A stretch of 64,000 nt of DNA from positions 1 to 64,000 of the forward strand of contig JAAOMT010000507.1 in assembly GCA_016748015.1 (NCBI GenBank). The letters are read 5' to 3'. The notes below the pieces were generated by a model. That model was not told the DNA's origin. It was given only the letters and a program-made list of their open reading frames with translations, and searched no databases. A program made the position numbers and the translations under genes. The stretch is from Geosiphon pyriformis uo1. Its lineage: Eukaryota > Fungi > Glomeromycota. Shown here in pieces: positions 1-12,305 of the stretch (position 1 is its first letter; every line of letters starts with the position of its first letter).

Positions 1-843
1 AGCCAAATCAATTCGATCCTTTGCTCCGGGGTACTTTTATTACAAATAAACGTAATATCTTGAACACTTTCTAAATGAAAGATTGTATTAGATACCAACT
101 TTGGAGTATTTGGAATAATAATTATCTAAATACCAATTATCTGCGCAATTTGCAAGCTTCCTTCACTAGCTTCCTCATTCTCACTCGTCACATGCATCTT
201 AATCTATACAAAATTAGAATCGTTCTTTTGACAAACATTAATTGGATAAGCTCGAAAAAGTGGCACAAAATTAAAAACATACCAAATGCTTACGGTTCTC
301 AAAAAGCTTCACCACTAATGAATCATTTCCTACTTTGCTCACGGCTTCCATCGCTTCAATCGGAATAGAAACGCAACCTAAATACTCATTCATGGCGATG
401 GTCATTCTACCATCCAAATAACGATAATGCATACTTAGATTTCTTCTGCCATGCTCTTCAGCGCCCAGGATAAAATCACCAAACTTCAAACTTGAACATC
501 GCAATTGAACATATTCGTTCCTATTAGGGTCATTCGAGTTGGGAAGATTAGGAGGTAAGCTTTGTCTTTTGGCTTCTTGTGGAGCTGAGCTAGAGGCGAT
601 AAATGATTTATGTTGCTCATCAAGAGAATTAAGTTGTCGAGATAACTTGGAAACAGAGTTTGATAAGGAACTAGAAATCCCGTTGTTAAGATAGGTTGGT
701 TCAGAATCAGTCATCGTATAACTTTTATAACTGGGATCCTTAAAGTTTTTACGAAGTCTATTCTTCGCTTGAGCTGGAAGATTATAAGGAACCACGGTCA
801 TTTGCCTGGAGTGTCTCTTCGATTTTGGTGTAGGTAGGGACAT
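1..843 (-). CDS. Uncharacterised protein, 5' part (runs off the window's left edge); exons 843-283, 203-134, 70-<1
   Basis: ATG at 843 (MSLPTPKSK...). GT-AG introns at 282-204 and 133-71 keep the frame open: ...ENRKHL|IKMHVTSENEEASEGSLQIAQII|ESVQDITFICNKSTPEQRIELIG. No family recognised. Confidence 0.7.
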
Positions 844-1108
844 TTTCTCAATCTGTCTATTTTTGAAAAAAAGGAAACTTTCCTTCGTACAGCTTAATGT
901 CAATCCTGATCATTCTAATAAATTTATTCCGTTAAAAAAATGCCAATTTCAGAGTTTGATTAAATTTTATCATTTTCTTTGAATCATATTCACTAATATA
1001 TCGATTGTATTTGCTGATCTAATCAATTGAAAATTAAAACATTTGCTAGTCAAATATGATTAAAAGAAATGTAGGACAAATGAAAATCTAGTTTACACCA
1101 AACCAATT

Positions 1109-1770
1109 TTAATTCAAAATGTATCCCAAACTTCCTTTGTTACCTGTACGCTCGTATTGGTTTTTAAGACGGTCAAACATATTTTGAATTTTTCTGTTTT
1201 GATTCATGGCATAATTTTTGACTTGACGCGTTGTTCGACGTGAATTTGGATCAAAAGAAAGCTCTTTTGCGATAGAATCCCAATCAGATGACCAACTAGG
1301 ACAGCGCACTCGTGATAAAATAATCTCTTCTTCTTTAGGGGAAAGTAGGCTTTTATTTACTGATATTTTTTGAAAGAAAAAAAAAACAAATTAGGTTCAA
1401 TTCAAAATTATTAAAAAACGTAAAAATTTTTGTAAAAAGCCAAAATTTTACTCTTTGGATCGAGGTTGTAAATCCAGCTGTTTGAAAGAATTTTCAAATA
1501 AATTTTTTTTAACTTTCAGGACTCAAAAATATGAGAAGCGTTTAGTAACTCTTACCGTTCACGACAAGAATCTGGTGTACGGTTAGGCAAATCTTCACTA
1601 ATAGTTCGCCAAGGATTAGGATTTTGTTGAGAATCATAAGGTTCTATCCGCGATATCAGGAGCCTGTCCTCCTTTTTTAAAAATATTAAACACCAATGTT
1701 AGTATCTTAAATTTAAAATTTTTGCAAAGAAATAATTTTATACCTCAGGGGTCCATTTAGAATTTGGCAT
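1109..1770 (-). CDS. Short two-repeat (R2R3-like) Myb/SANT transcription factor, paralog A; exons 1770-1744, 1671-1556, 1477-1452, 1359-1109
   Basis: Spliced product MPNSKWTPEEDRLL...NPWRTISEDLPNRTPDSCRERWIYNLDPKINKSLLSPKEEEIIL...DWDSIAKEL...RRTTRQVKNY...GSLGYILN*. Shows the Myb W-T-x-E-E-D, W-x-x-I and R-T-x-x-x-C-R-E-R-W-x-x-x-L-D-P pattern; all introns GT-AG. Confidence 0.9.
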
Positions 1771-2932
1771 TGGGTCTCAGAAATTCTAAAAAGTTTCTTT
1801 AAAAAAAAATTTTATTGAAATGAGAAACATTTTAAAGAGCTTTATTGCATGAGGTTACATTTCCTACACAATGATATATGTCACAATCCATTTTTAAAAA
1901 TTAAAAAAAGACAATGAAGTTGTACCAATTAAAAGGTGCATTCCTAGTTTATTTATTTATTCATTAATTAATGGCATTGTCTTTAAAAATTTTTATTTTT
2001 ATTTTTCGGAAAAATATGAAAAATATGTTTCCCTAATAATGGAAAACCTTAATTTAAGGTTCAAGAATAGGTTTTTTCATTGTGTTTAAAAAAACTTTAT
2101 TTCCATTCTAAACCTTTTCTGTAGCAATAGGAATGCAAAGCAATAAATAAATTTTTTGAGATTTTTTTTATCTGGTACTTGCAGCATACAGCTTGGCAGT
2201 TTCAGATGATAGTCAACTTCAAATTTAGGGGTTGCCGTGGGAATTATGAGATTTAATATATCACTAATAGGTTTACTTTTTCAAAATTAAAAGTCTTTAT
2301 ATATTTTATCAGCTAAAAAATCATCGAAAAACAGTATAAAAAGAAGAAATTTCCAAGATGATGATAAGAAAAGAATTATTAGCAGTCGAATTTAACGGTT
2401 AAAAATCAAAGAATACGAGAATGAAAAAAAATTATTTTGAAATAAAAAAAAGTTTTTTAAAATATATATAATTTATTTTTTAAAAATTTTGTCAAAAATA
2501 GGTAAAAAGGATTAAATATTTTATTTAAAATTAAGAACTAGAATTAAAATGCAATTAATTAAGAATTTAAAGTTTTATTATTAATCATAAGATATCATTC
2601 ATTTTAAATGATAAATCTTGCGACAATAAAAACTTTTAAAAGAGATTAGCCATTTATGCAGTTGGATAATAAATATTCAATAATATGAATTTTTTTGGGG
2701 GGATTTCCGAGTTACATAATTATTTAAACGGACCACATAATTGAATCTATTTATTAAAAAGTATATATATTTTAATTAAATTTTAAATTCAAGAATTATT
2801 TGAATGAAGACTATAAATCAAATAAAAAAAGTATCAATTTAAATTATTAATTTGAAAGAAATACCGGGAGGCATTAAGGGTATATAGATGCGCTAAAGTG
2901 ACAACTACAAAGATAGTGGATAGAATCAGTAG

Positions 2933-3016
2933 ATCAAGTGTTCGTGGACGGGGGTTCGAGAAGCCAATGCGGATGAAGCGGGACTACCAAAGGATGATAT
3001 CCTTCGATTAGGCCAA
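2933..3016 (+). mobile_element. Possible degenerate tyrosine-recombinase (Crypton-like) fragment
   Basis: GC-richer island reading IKCS / GRG(S) / ANADEAGLPKDDILRLGQ across small indels, similar to the YR box-II pattern H-x-G-R-G-S-G-A-x-x-A-x-x-x-G-x5-I-x-x-L-G-x-W. Confidence 0.3.
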
Positions 3017-4069
3017 TTAAGTTATTTTAGAAAGTGTGATAAGCAAGTTATATTCTCTCATTTGTCCTCATTGTTCGCGCTCATTAACTATGCATAGTGT
3101 GTTGAAAACACATGATCCACGTCTATAATTGCCTTATGTGCTAGAATAGATAGTGAGAAAGATTTCAATTTGTTAAAGCAATAAAAAAAAAGAAAAGAAA
3201 GAAAGCTGTTTTAATATATGTACAGATGGAGTTTTGGTTTATTTTAAACATTCAAAAATTGGTTTAATGTATTTTATTTAAATTTACAAGAAAAAAATTG
3301 ATTTTAAATTCAAAAACTTTTAAATAACATATTAATATTAAATCAATTTAAATTTGAATGATACAAAAATTTTCATAAAAAAATGTATTTATATTTCTAT
3401 AAACTTATTTAATAATTATTATTATTTTAAATAAATAAATTTTTGGTTGTTAGAAAATTTCATTTAACTTTTAACCTTTTTACAAATCCATTCATTTTTT
3501 TTTAATACTTCAAAACCCAAATAATTATTTTTTCATTATTTTTTTAATATTAAAAATTTGAGAAAAAATCTTTGATTTTATTCTTTGACTTTTTGTTTTT
3601 ATTACAAATTAGCTGTTTTACACAAAAAAATTTTAAAATTTTTTTTTCTCAAATTTTGAAATATTTTTCATTTATTCATATTGGAATATGCATAAAAAAT
3701 TTTAGTAAATACATATAGCCAGTTTTTTTTTAAAATAAAATTTTAAAATAAAATAACAAATTATATTGTGTGAGCTTATTTTTTTATTTTAGTTAAATAA
3801 TATTTATTTCCAAACTCAAATCTTTTTTTTTTAATTCATCTTTTTATATAATATATTATGTAAAAAAAATAAAGCTTAAGGCTTTTCAACTTAAATTTAA
3901 AAAATTATTTTTTGTTCACTCAGAGAGGCGAAGTGATTTAAAAACTAGTTTAGTACAGATAAATATCTATAAATTTTTATTAGAAATTTTCTATGAGTTT
4001 GTTGGTGTGGCTTTGGTTTGTCAATCAATAAATATATATTAATTATTATCCCAACATTTCAATAAGAAT

Positions 4070-4105
<36 letters not shown>

Positions 4106-4415
4106 TCCGATGTTTGTCGCGAATTGGATGATGATACTATCTAACCAAAAGAGATAGAAAAATTATGGTTCAATAATATTACTAAAAAATTAATTCATAG
4201 AAATATATGAATTGAGGAATCCCGAAATACAGTTACTTTCGATAATATCAATTTAAAACAAGCGAATCACTTTTTTAGAATATATGTCTATTGTAAAAAA
4301 ATTAAAGAACTAGAGGGATAAGGGTTAGTACTAAAATATATCATTCATTCAAAAAGTTTTGCTCATATTTTTGTGTATGGTTTATGAGGCATTTACTAAA
4401 CCTGTCTCGAAGTAA

Positions 4416-4494
4416 GTAGTAGTAATAGTAGTAATAGTAGTAATAGTAGTAATAGTAGTAATAGTAGTAGTAGTAGTAATAGTAGTAATAGTAA

Positions 4495-4531
<37 letters not shown>
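4416..4531. repeat. (TAG/TAA)n microsatellite
   Basis: Direct reading; source of the spurious poly-Thr ORF 4382-4579. Confidence 0.95.
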
Positions 4532-4532
<1 letters not shown>

Positions 4533-4773
4533 AAACGGTCTGATTGCAAGTTCCTTTGGTGAAAGCCGTTTATTTTCAAACGCCTTGAGGCTAGGTAGGT
4601 TTTTAACTAAAAGGGTGTCACCACGTTTTTATCCAAACAGGTATTTAACCAAATAAAGTCAAAAACCTGTTAGGTTGGTTTTACAAAATAGAAGATCTGT
4701 TTGTAAATCTTTTTAGTGGCAGAAGTCTTTCCTATATGTATATCTCGAGTCGGCTTGGTAAAAGCCATTCGAT

Positions 4774-4858
<85 letters not shown>

Positions 4859-5637
4859 NNNNNNNNNNNNNNNNNNNNNNNNNNNNNNNNNNNNNNNNNN
4901 NNNNNNNNNNNNNNNNNNNNNNNNNNNNNNNNNNNNNNNNNNNNNNNNNNNNNNNNNNNNNNNNNNNNNNNNNNNNNNNNNNNNNNNNNNNNNNNNNNNN
5001 NNNNNNNNNNNNNNNNNNNNNNNNNNNNNNNNNNNNNNNNNNNNNNNNNNNNNNNNNNNNNNNNNNNNNNNNNNNNNNNNNNNNNNNNNNNNNNNNNNNN
5101 NNNNNNNNNNNNNNNNNNNNNNNNNNNNNNNNNNNNNNNNNNNNNNNNNNNNNNNNNNNNNNNNNNNNNNNNNNNNNNNNNNNNNNNNNNNNNNNNNNNN
5201 NNNNNNNNNNNNNNNNNNNNNNNNNNNNNNNNNNNNNNNNNNNNNNNNNNNNNNNNNNNNNNNNNNNNNNNNNNNNNNNNNNNNNNNNNNNNNNNNNNNN
5301 NNNNNNNNNNNNNNNNNNNNNNNNNNNNNNNNNNNNNNNNNNNNNNNNNNNNNNNNNNNNNNNNNNNNNNNNNNNNNNNNNNNNNNNNNNNNNNNNNNNN
5401 NNNNNNNNNNNNNNNNNNNNNNNNNNNNNNNNNNNNNNNNNNNNNNNNNNNNNNNNNNNNNNNNNNNNNNNNNNNNNNNNNNNNNNNNNNNNNNNNNNNN
5501 NNNNNNNNNNNNNNNNNNNNNNNNNNNNNNNNNNNNNNNNNNNNNNNNNNNNNNNNNNNNNNNNNNNNNNNNNNNNNNNNNNNNNNNNNNNNNNNNNNNN
5601 NNNNNNNNNNNNNNNNNNNNNNNNNNNNNNNNNNNNN
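4859..5637. other. Assembly gap (N) flanked by poly-T
   Basis: Run of n; the ORFs spanning it are artefacts. Confidence 1.
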
Positions 5638-5779
5638 TTTTTTTTTTTTTTTTTTTTGAAGATGCTTTAGTTAAAAGAGTTAAGTTTAAAAAAAAATTTT
5701 TCATGTTTAAAAAAGCTATGTAATAAGAGATTGAAATATTTCTAAGAAGAGATTATGTGCAAAGGTTAATAATGTTCTC

Positions 5780-5850
5780 AGGATGAGGATGAGGATGAGG
5801 ATGAGAATAAGGATGAGGATGAGAATAAGGATGACGATGAGAATGATGAT
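5780..5850. repeat. (GGATGA)n hexanucleotide repeat
   Basis: aggatgaggatgaggatgaggatgagaataaggatgag... Confidence 0.85.
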
Positions 5851-5914
5851 TACAATGAGGGGATGAGGCTATTGATTAACATCGAAATTAGATCTTAGCC
5901 ACTGTCGCCGCCTC

Positions 5915-6325
5915 CTACTTGTTATTTAAAATAAATCCTAAACTTAACCGGTTCCCTGTACACTTGAAATGGCTTGCCAGGCGTTCAATGGCACTGTCAA
6001 TTCTGCGTTGTCGATTATTGACAAAGTTTTTACACTGAAGTGCGGTTCTTCTTCCCGAGTATGGTGATGAAAGCTTTTTTGCTATTTCGACCCAAGACTT
6101 TGAGTTAGAATAGTGTAGATGATGAGATAGAATATAGCGTGCTTCTTCAGACGTCAATGGTGAATGATTTACTGTAAAATGGTTAAAGTAAAGGGTTTTT
6201 TGTAAGAAGAATGAAATTTAAAAGAAAAGTACCATTTCAAAAAAAAAGGTTTACTTACTCTTTGGGTCTACATGAAACACCCATCTAAAACATGATTTGG
6301 AGAAAAATACAAGAATTTTTAGCAT

Positions 6326-6366
<41 letters not shown>

Positions 6367-6701
6367 ATGGTGGTGGTTGGGTGTTTGATAATTTTTAAGA
6401 AAACTTATTCAAAAAGGATTTTCCTTACCTTTCACGACAAGCTTTTGATGTTTGCTTTGGAAAACAATTACTTATGATTCGCCAGGGATTTCTTTTGTCA
6501 CGATGTTTTATGAAAAGAACTCGAAGTAAGGTATCATCCTATCATTTTTATATAGCAATTAGATTTAGCAGGGGAAGTTTGTTAGTAATTGATTTATTGA
6601 TTAATTGATTAATTGATTTATTGAAAACCATTTTTAAAGTCAACCACATAATATTCAAGAAAATCTACCTCACTCGTCCAGTTATTTCGGCCTCTTCGCA
6701 T
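5915..6701 (-). CDS. Short two-repeat Myb/SANT transcription factor, paralog B; exons 6701-6669, 6538-6429, 6284-6259, 6171-5915
   Basis: Spliced product MRRGRNNWTSEDDTLL...NPWRIISNCFPKQTSKACRERWVFHVDPKINHSPLTSEEARYIL...SWVEIAKKL...RRTALQCKNF...RLSLGFILNNK*. Same three intron positions and phases, and the same 26-nt exon 3, as paralog A. Confidence 0.9.
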
Positions 6702-6934
6702 TTTATGATTTTTAAAAAAGTTTTTTCAAATGCTTTTAAGTCTCGAAAAATAAAAATGAAACATGTAAGGGGGGAAATAGTGAAAGAACTTTCTATTTAT
6801 ATTTATTACACATTTGAAATATTGTAGATCTAAATTTTTTTAAAGTTTTAAATGCCTAAAAAGATATTAGGGCGCACAATTTCTTTTTGAATATATTTGT
6901 ACGAGATCCTAATTTTAGGTCTCTAGCACACTTT

Positions 6935-6995
6935 CACTCTCACTCTCACTCTCACTCTCTCACTCTCACTCTCTCACTCTCTCACTCTATCTCTC
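6935..6995. repeat. (CTCACT)n repeat upstream of Myb paralog B
   Basis: cactctcactctcactctcactctct... Confidence 0.85.
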
Positions 6996-7197
6996 AAAAA
7001 AGGGTAAAGCTGTTATTGGGGGGTAATACAATGCACTTTGCAATTAAATCATCAAAAATTCAATCTGAAAACCAGATTGATCTTTTTCTCTAACCCTTTT
7101 TGAGTTTCCACACTTGCGGTTTGATAAGTTTCGATCAGGCGAATCTAAATAAAATTTTTCGGTTCATTTTCTGGGGGGGGGGGGGGGGGGGGTAAAA

Positions 7198-7357
7198 NNN
7201 NNNNNNNNNNNNNNNNNNNNNNNNNNNNNNNNNNNNNNNNNNNNNNNNNNNNNNNNNNNNNNNNNNNNNNNNNNNNNNNNNNNNNNNNNNNNNNNNNNNN
7301 NNNNNNNNNNNNNNNNNNNNNNNNNNNNNNNNNNNNNNNNNNNNNNNNNNNNNNNNN
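7198..7357. other. Assembly gap (N) with poly-G tracts on both sides
   Basis: Run of n. Confidence 1.
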
Positions 7358-8626
7358 GGGGGGGTACAAAAATAATGTCTAGAACTTTTAAGGCTATGCA
7401 TTGATTGTTGTATTGGTCTAACCAGATATCTACATTTCAACGAAAAAAATCGACATTTGTTGTGACATTAAATTTGGGAGGGATCAAATATTGAATGAAG
7501 TACTTTTACAATCGGGAAATTTTTTAGAACATAGCAAAAATTAATTTTTGAGTAGAAGGTAAGGGGATTGTGGCTCTCTTAAAGAAATTATGACTAGACT
7601 AATAAATAAAATAAAAAAAGAAAATACAGATCGTAATGAAACAGTCAAAATAATTAAATGATTTATAGGCAAAAATTTATTGATGATATCTTGATTAATT
7701 AAAACCAACCAATTAATTATTGATGTTATAATAAAAACTATTATAAGTTAGTAGTTTCTCTGTAATTGAAATAATTAGAAATAAGAAATATTATATTTGA
7801 ATAAATTGAATTCGTAATAGGAATTTACTTTTTTTGGAAAGTGAATAACAAATTTATTTATTTATTTTTTGGGGGCTGGGGAGGGGGTGAGGAGGTACAG
7901 GTTTGATATAAAAAAATTTATCCCTCCGCCCTCCGAAAAAAAAAATCTAGGAATTTCAAAGCCGTTATTCATTGAAAATGATTGAGTTTGACAAAAAAGG
8001 TAATTGAAATTAAGTTTCTATTAATATAAATTGAGCCTCAAAATTTTTAAACAATCAAGTTTAGTTTTTTTAATATAGAAATTAAACAACAAAAACAGCA
8101 ACAATAACAACAACAACAACAACAATAATCAATTAAATCCCTTATTCTTTTTTTTATTTCATTTACTTGTAAAAAAAAAAAAAACCTTTTTTCCGAATTT
8201 TCCAAAGCGCTAATATTCTCGACTTTTTTTTAGAAAAAAATTGAGAATAATTTTCAATGTTTATTTGCAACTTATGACCAGCAGAGATTTCTAAAAATAT
8301 TCTTAGTCAGTTTAAACATATTTTAAGAATTCCTAGAAACAAAGTTTTGTTTTTAATTTCTATTAAAAAGAAAAACCTCCCATAATCAAAAGATTTGATT
8401 AATGATAATAAAGTAATGTGGAAAAAAGGATTTCTTGAAAAAATTAATGATGAGAAAAGTATGTATATGAAAAAGATTAAATATTTTTTTTTTCTAACCT
8501 AATTTTAATTCCAAAGAATCTATAATTTATTAAGATTAGGAAAAATGTTTAATTTTAAAAGTTTTTAATTGTATATTTTATTTTTATTTTTTTATACATC
8601 CTATTATGAAAAATAAAATGTTATTT

Positions 8627-8667
8627 GATAGATAGATAAATAGATAGATAGATAGATAAATAGATAA

Positions 8668-8709
<42 letters not shown>
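8627..8709. repeat. (GATA)n microsatellite
   Basis: Direct reading. Confidence 0.95.
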
Positions 8710-10770
8710 TGTTTAACTTTATTTTTAATGGAAAAAATAAAAGAATTTTTAAACACTCAATCACTGACTCGTTCAATCACTCACCCACTCACTAATTCAC
8801 TCATTAACTCACTCACTCACTTACTCACTTACTCAATAAAGGAATATTGAAAATAAAAAATTGAGGGTCGATCGATCTTGAAACTATTCTTGTGAACATC
8901 TCTAGCTAAAAGTTTTAACAATTTTTATGAAAATTCATTTTTAATGAGATTATAAATGGAGATGCTTTTGTAAATAGAAAAACAATCAACTTTTTTCTTA
9001 GCAAGATCAGCAATCCGTCCTATTTCAGAAAATCTTTGCCATAAAATGCGCGTCATTAATCTAATATACTATTATTTTTAATTAAAAAAAAAACAAGTTA
9101 AAAACAAGTTTATAGTTTGACTTTATGCATCAATTTTTGTTTTGCAGATAAAAAATATCGAAATAAAATTGTAGTTTAGTAATTGAAAAAAGTATAAAAA
9201 TAGATGAATTTGGGATATTAGTAATGATCAAGAATAATTGTAAAGTTTTTTTTTCTTGTTTCTTTTTTTCTTTTTTTTTCTTTTTTTTTCTTTCTTTTCT
9301 TTTTTCTTGTTTCTTTTGATATTTAATAAATTTTTCTTTGTAAAATTTGATTTTATTAGTATCAAGAAATTACTATTATTAATCAAATTTTTATCTGATC
9401 ATAATAGATTATTTTTCTGGTCATAATATCAAATATTTGACGGCTTAAAAAAAAAATAATGTTTTTTCAAATGAATTTTGATCATCATTTTTTGTCATTT
9501 TAGATGGCGTCAAAGAAAATCCTCATCTATTTGTTTTTTAATCAATATTTTGATGGGCTAAATAGAAAGTTTCTTTAGAGATAATAACTAGCGCCTCTAC
9601 TGATCATGAATTTGTTATAATTTAAAAAGTTAAAAAAAAAAAACATTTTCTCCAAATATCAAAAAAACATTTAGAACTCTGTTTTTTGCACACACACACA
9701 CACACACGCACATACACACACACGCACACAGCCCAACAAACACTATTTGAAAATTAAATATTGGGTTTTTATCAAAAAGTTTTTGGAAAAATAGTTTATC
9801 CTTTTAGAAACTACTCCCTCTCTAAACGGATCTTAATTTTATGCCAAAAAGTTACATGATTTGAAATCTCCAATAAATAAAAATTATTTCATTATTGTAA
9901 AAAATAATAATAGTATTATTAATATTATTATTATAATTTAAATTATTATTATTATTATTATTATTATTATTTTCATTTTTCATTTTTTGAAAAAAATAAT
10001 TTAATAATAAAACATATGCCTTCAACTTTAAAAATAATTGCATTCAAACTTTTAAAAAAGTTACATCTTTGTTTATAATCTATTATTATTATTATTATTA
10101 TTATTAAGGATTAATATTATTATAAACTATATTAAACCTACTGAGAGAAAACTATTTAAACGTGTCTAAAACCCAGCTGACCAGAAAGCCATTTTTTAAA
10201 AATTTTTAAAAAAAAGATAAAGAAGACAAGTTTCATCCGATGAATAATATATTATTCACATCAAATTAAAATTAGAAAATTTTTATATTTTTATATATAT
10301 AGTTAAAATATTTAAATTATATGCTAGAATAAAAATATATTTTTTACACATTTAAATTTAATATAAAAACCAATTTAATAAAATTTATTGAAATTTTTGA
10401 TTTAAAATTTTGCATTAATAGATATATAATTAGAAAATTTTGTATTTTTTAGCTTGTTTTTCCAAGCACATATTACAATTAGGTTGATTTAAAATTATAG
10501 TTTCAAAATATATATATATATATATCTATATATCTATATATCTATCTATACAAAATTTTTTAAACCCATTTTATTTTTTTTTTAATTAAAAACATAACAA
10601 AAAATGACAAATAAATATAATAAATGTGAAAAAAAGAAAAAATTTACAAGTTTAAAAATTAAAAAATTTAAATATGATAAATTTCAAAAATTATTTTAAA
10701 AATTAATATTTATAGTAAAATCTACATGAATGCAATTTGGAATTGCTAAAAATTACCTTTTTTCTTCGAT

Positions 10771-10808
<38 letters not shown>

Positions 10809-11212
10809 TATTCTAAAATTTTTATTTAGTTAAAAAATTCAATTTTAATAACCATATAATATATGACTATATTTTAATATTAAACAAATTTTTTCAAATT
10901 TTCAAATTTTAAATTTTTATTCTAGATTTTAAGTAAAAAAATATATATATAAATAAATTATTTTATTATTAATATAATAGTTTTTTAAAATGTAATTATA
11001 TTAAACGACGAGAAAAATATTTTTGGGTAAAATAAACAAATCTATAAAAAAAAATTAATTTCTTGCATCTGAATCTAAATTACCATAAAAATTTATGATT
11101 CAATAACAAATTTTTAGTTAAAAAGATTTGTTTATAATTAAAATAATGTATCTTTAACAGTTAAAATGTGTGATAAAAAGTTCTAAACGGAAATTATAAA
11201 AAGTAAAAATGT

Positions 11213-11372
<160 letters not shown>

Positions 11373-12305
11373 CGTTTTACCTGGTTTAATGTATTCTTAT
11401 CGGTTTAGAATATATTTAATTGAAATTTTGCATAAATATTTTAAAAATCATCAATTCAAAAAATTCATTTCTAATCTTGAACTGTAAATTTTTTATGAAT
11501 ATATGTATCACCTGATTTTCGATATAGATTATTCAAATTATTTTGTTTTAACAAATTATTTTAATCTTGAAAATTTCAGATTTTTCAAAAAATTATACAC
11601 ATTCTGTATCGCGTTGATTAAATTGGTTGTTTTTGGATAAATAACCCAACCAACTTATTACATTCATTTCTCCTGCCAATTCATAGTCTTGAAACCGAAA
11701 AAAAATCGAGAAAAATTATGTGCTTTCATTCATTATCACAGGATAGTTTTCATGAATAACTGCACGATCATCGCCAAGAAAACCAACTGGTTTGAAGCAT
11801 ATGAATACCCCTTCCATAATTCTATTTCGAGACAACTCTGTTTGGAAATTTCTCTGTAACCCCTTTTTAAAAGAAATGCATGATCAGATGTTACTGGGTG
11901 ATCTTATTTATTTTTTCAAAGCCGTCTTTGTCTCGAGATTATCAAACTATCCTCACAATATAGATATTCGCTCATCTACTTCTGTTTTTAATTCCAATTA
12001 ACCTCAATTTTTACCGCCAACATATCAAAAAACTTGTTACCTGTAGAATTATGAATTTTGCCCTGATAAACACTACCCCCATAAATTTATATGCTCTCGG
12101 TAATTCAAAATGAATTACAGCACTGCTGGAAAATTTTTGAGAGGTTTCAATTTGTAAAAACTGTCCCCATTTCTTAAAATCTCCACAAATATAAAAAGAT
12201 CAGAATAATTTCATTCCTAAAAATATCCCTTTCGCTCTTGAATAAAACAATTTCCAACTTACCTGATTACCGTCACCATCCCGTTTATAATAAATTTTTG
12301 AAACT

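Noticed and set aside
2945-2965. ggacgggggttcgag resembles a tRNA/tmRNA T-arm or Pol III B-box
   Set aside because: No complementary T-stem, acceptor stem or cloverleaf can be built.
4670-5723. Long ORFs of 307-344 aa
   Set aside because: Made of N-gap and poly-T sequence; artefacts.
6292-6477. Poly-Met ORF on the + strand
   Set aside because: A (GAT)n microsatellite within an intron of the minus-strand Myb gene.
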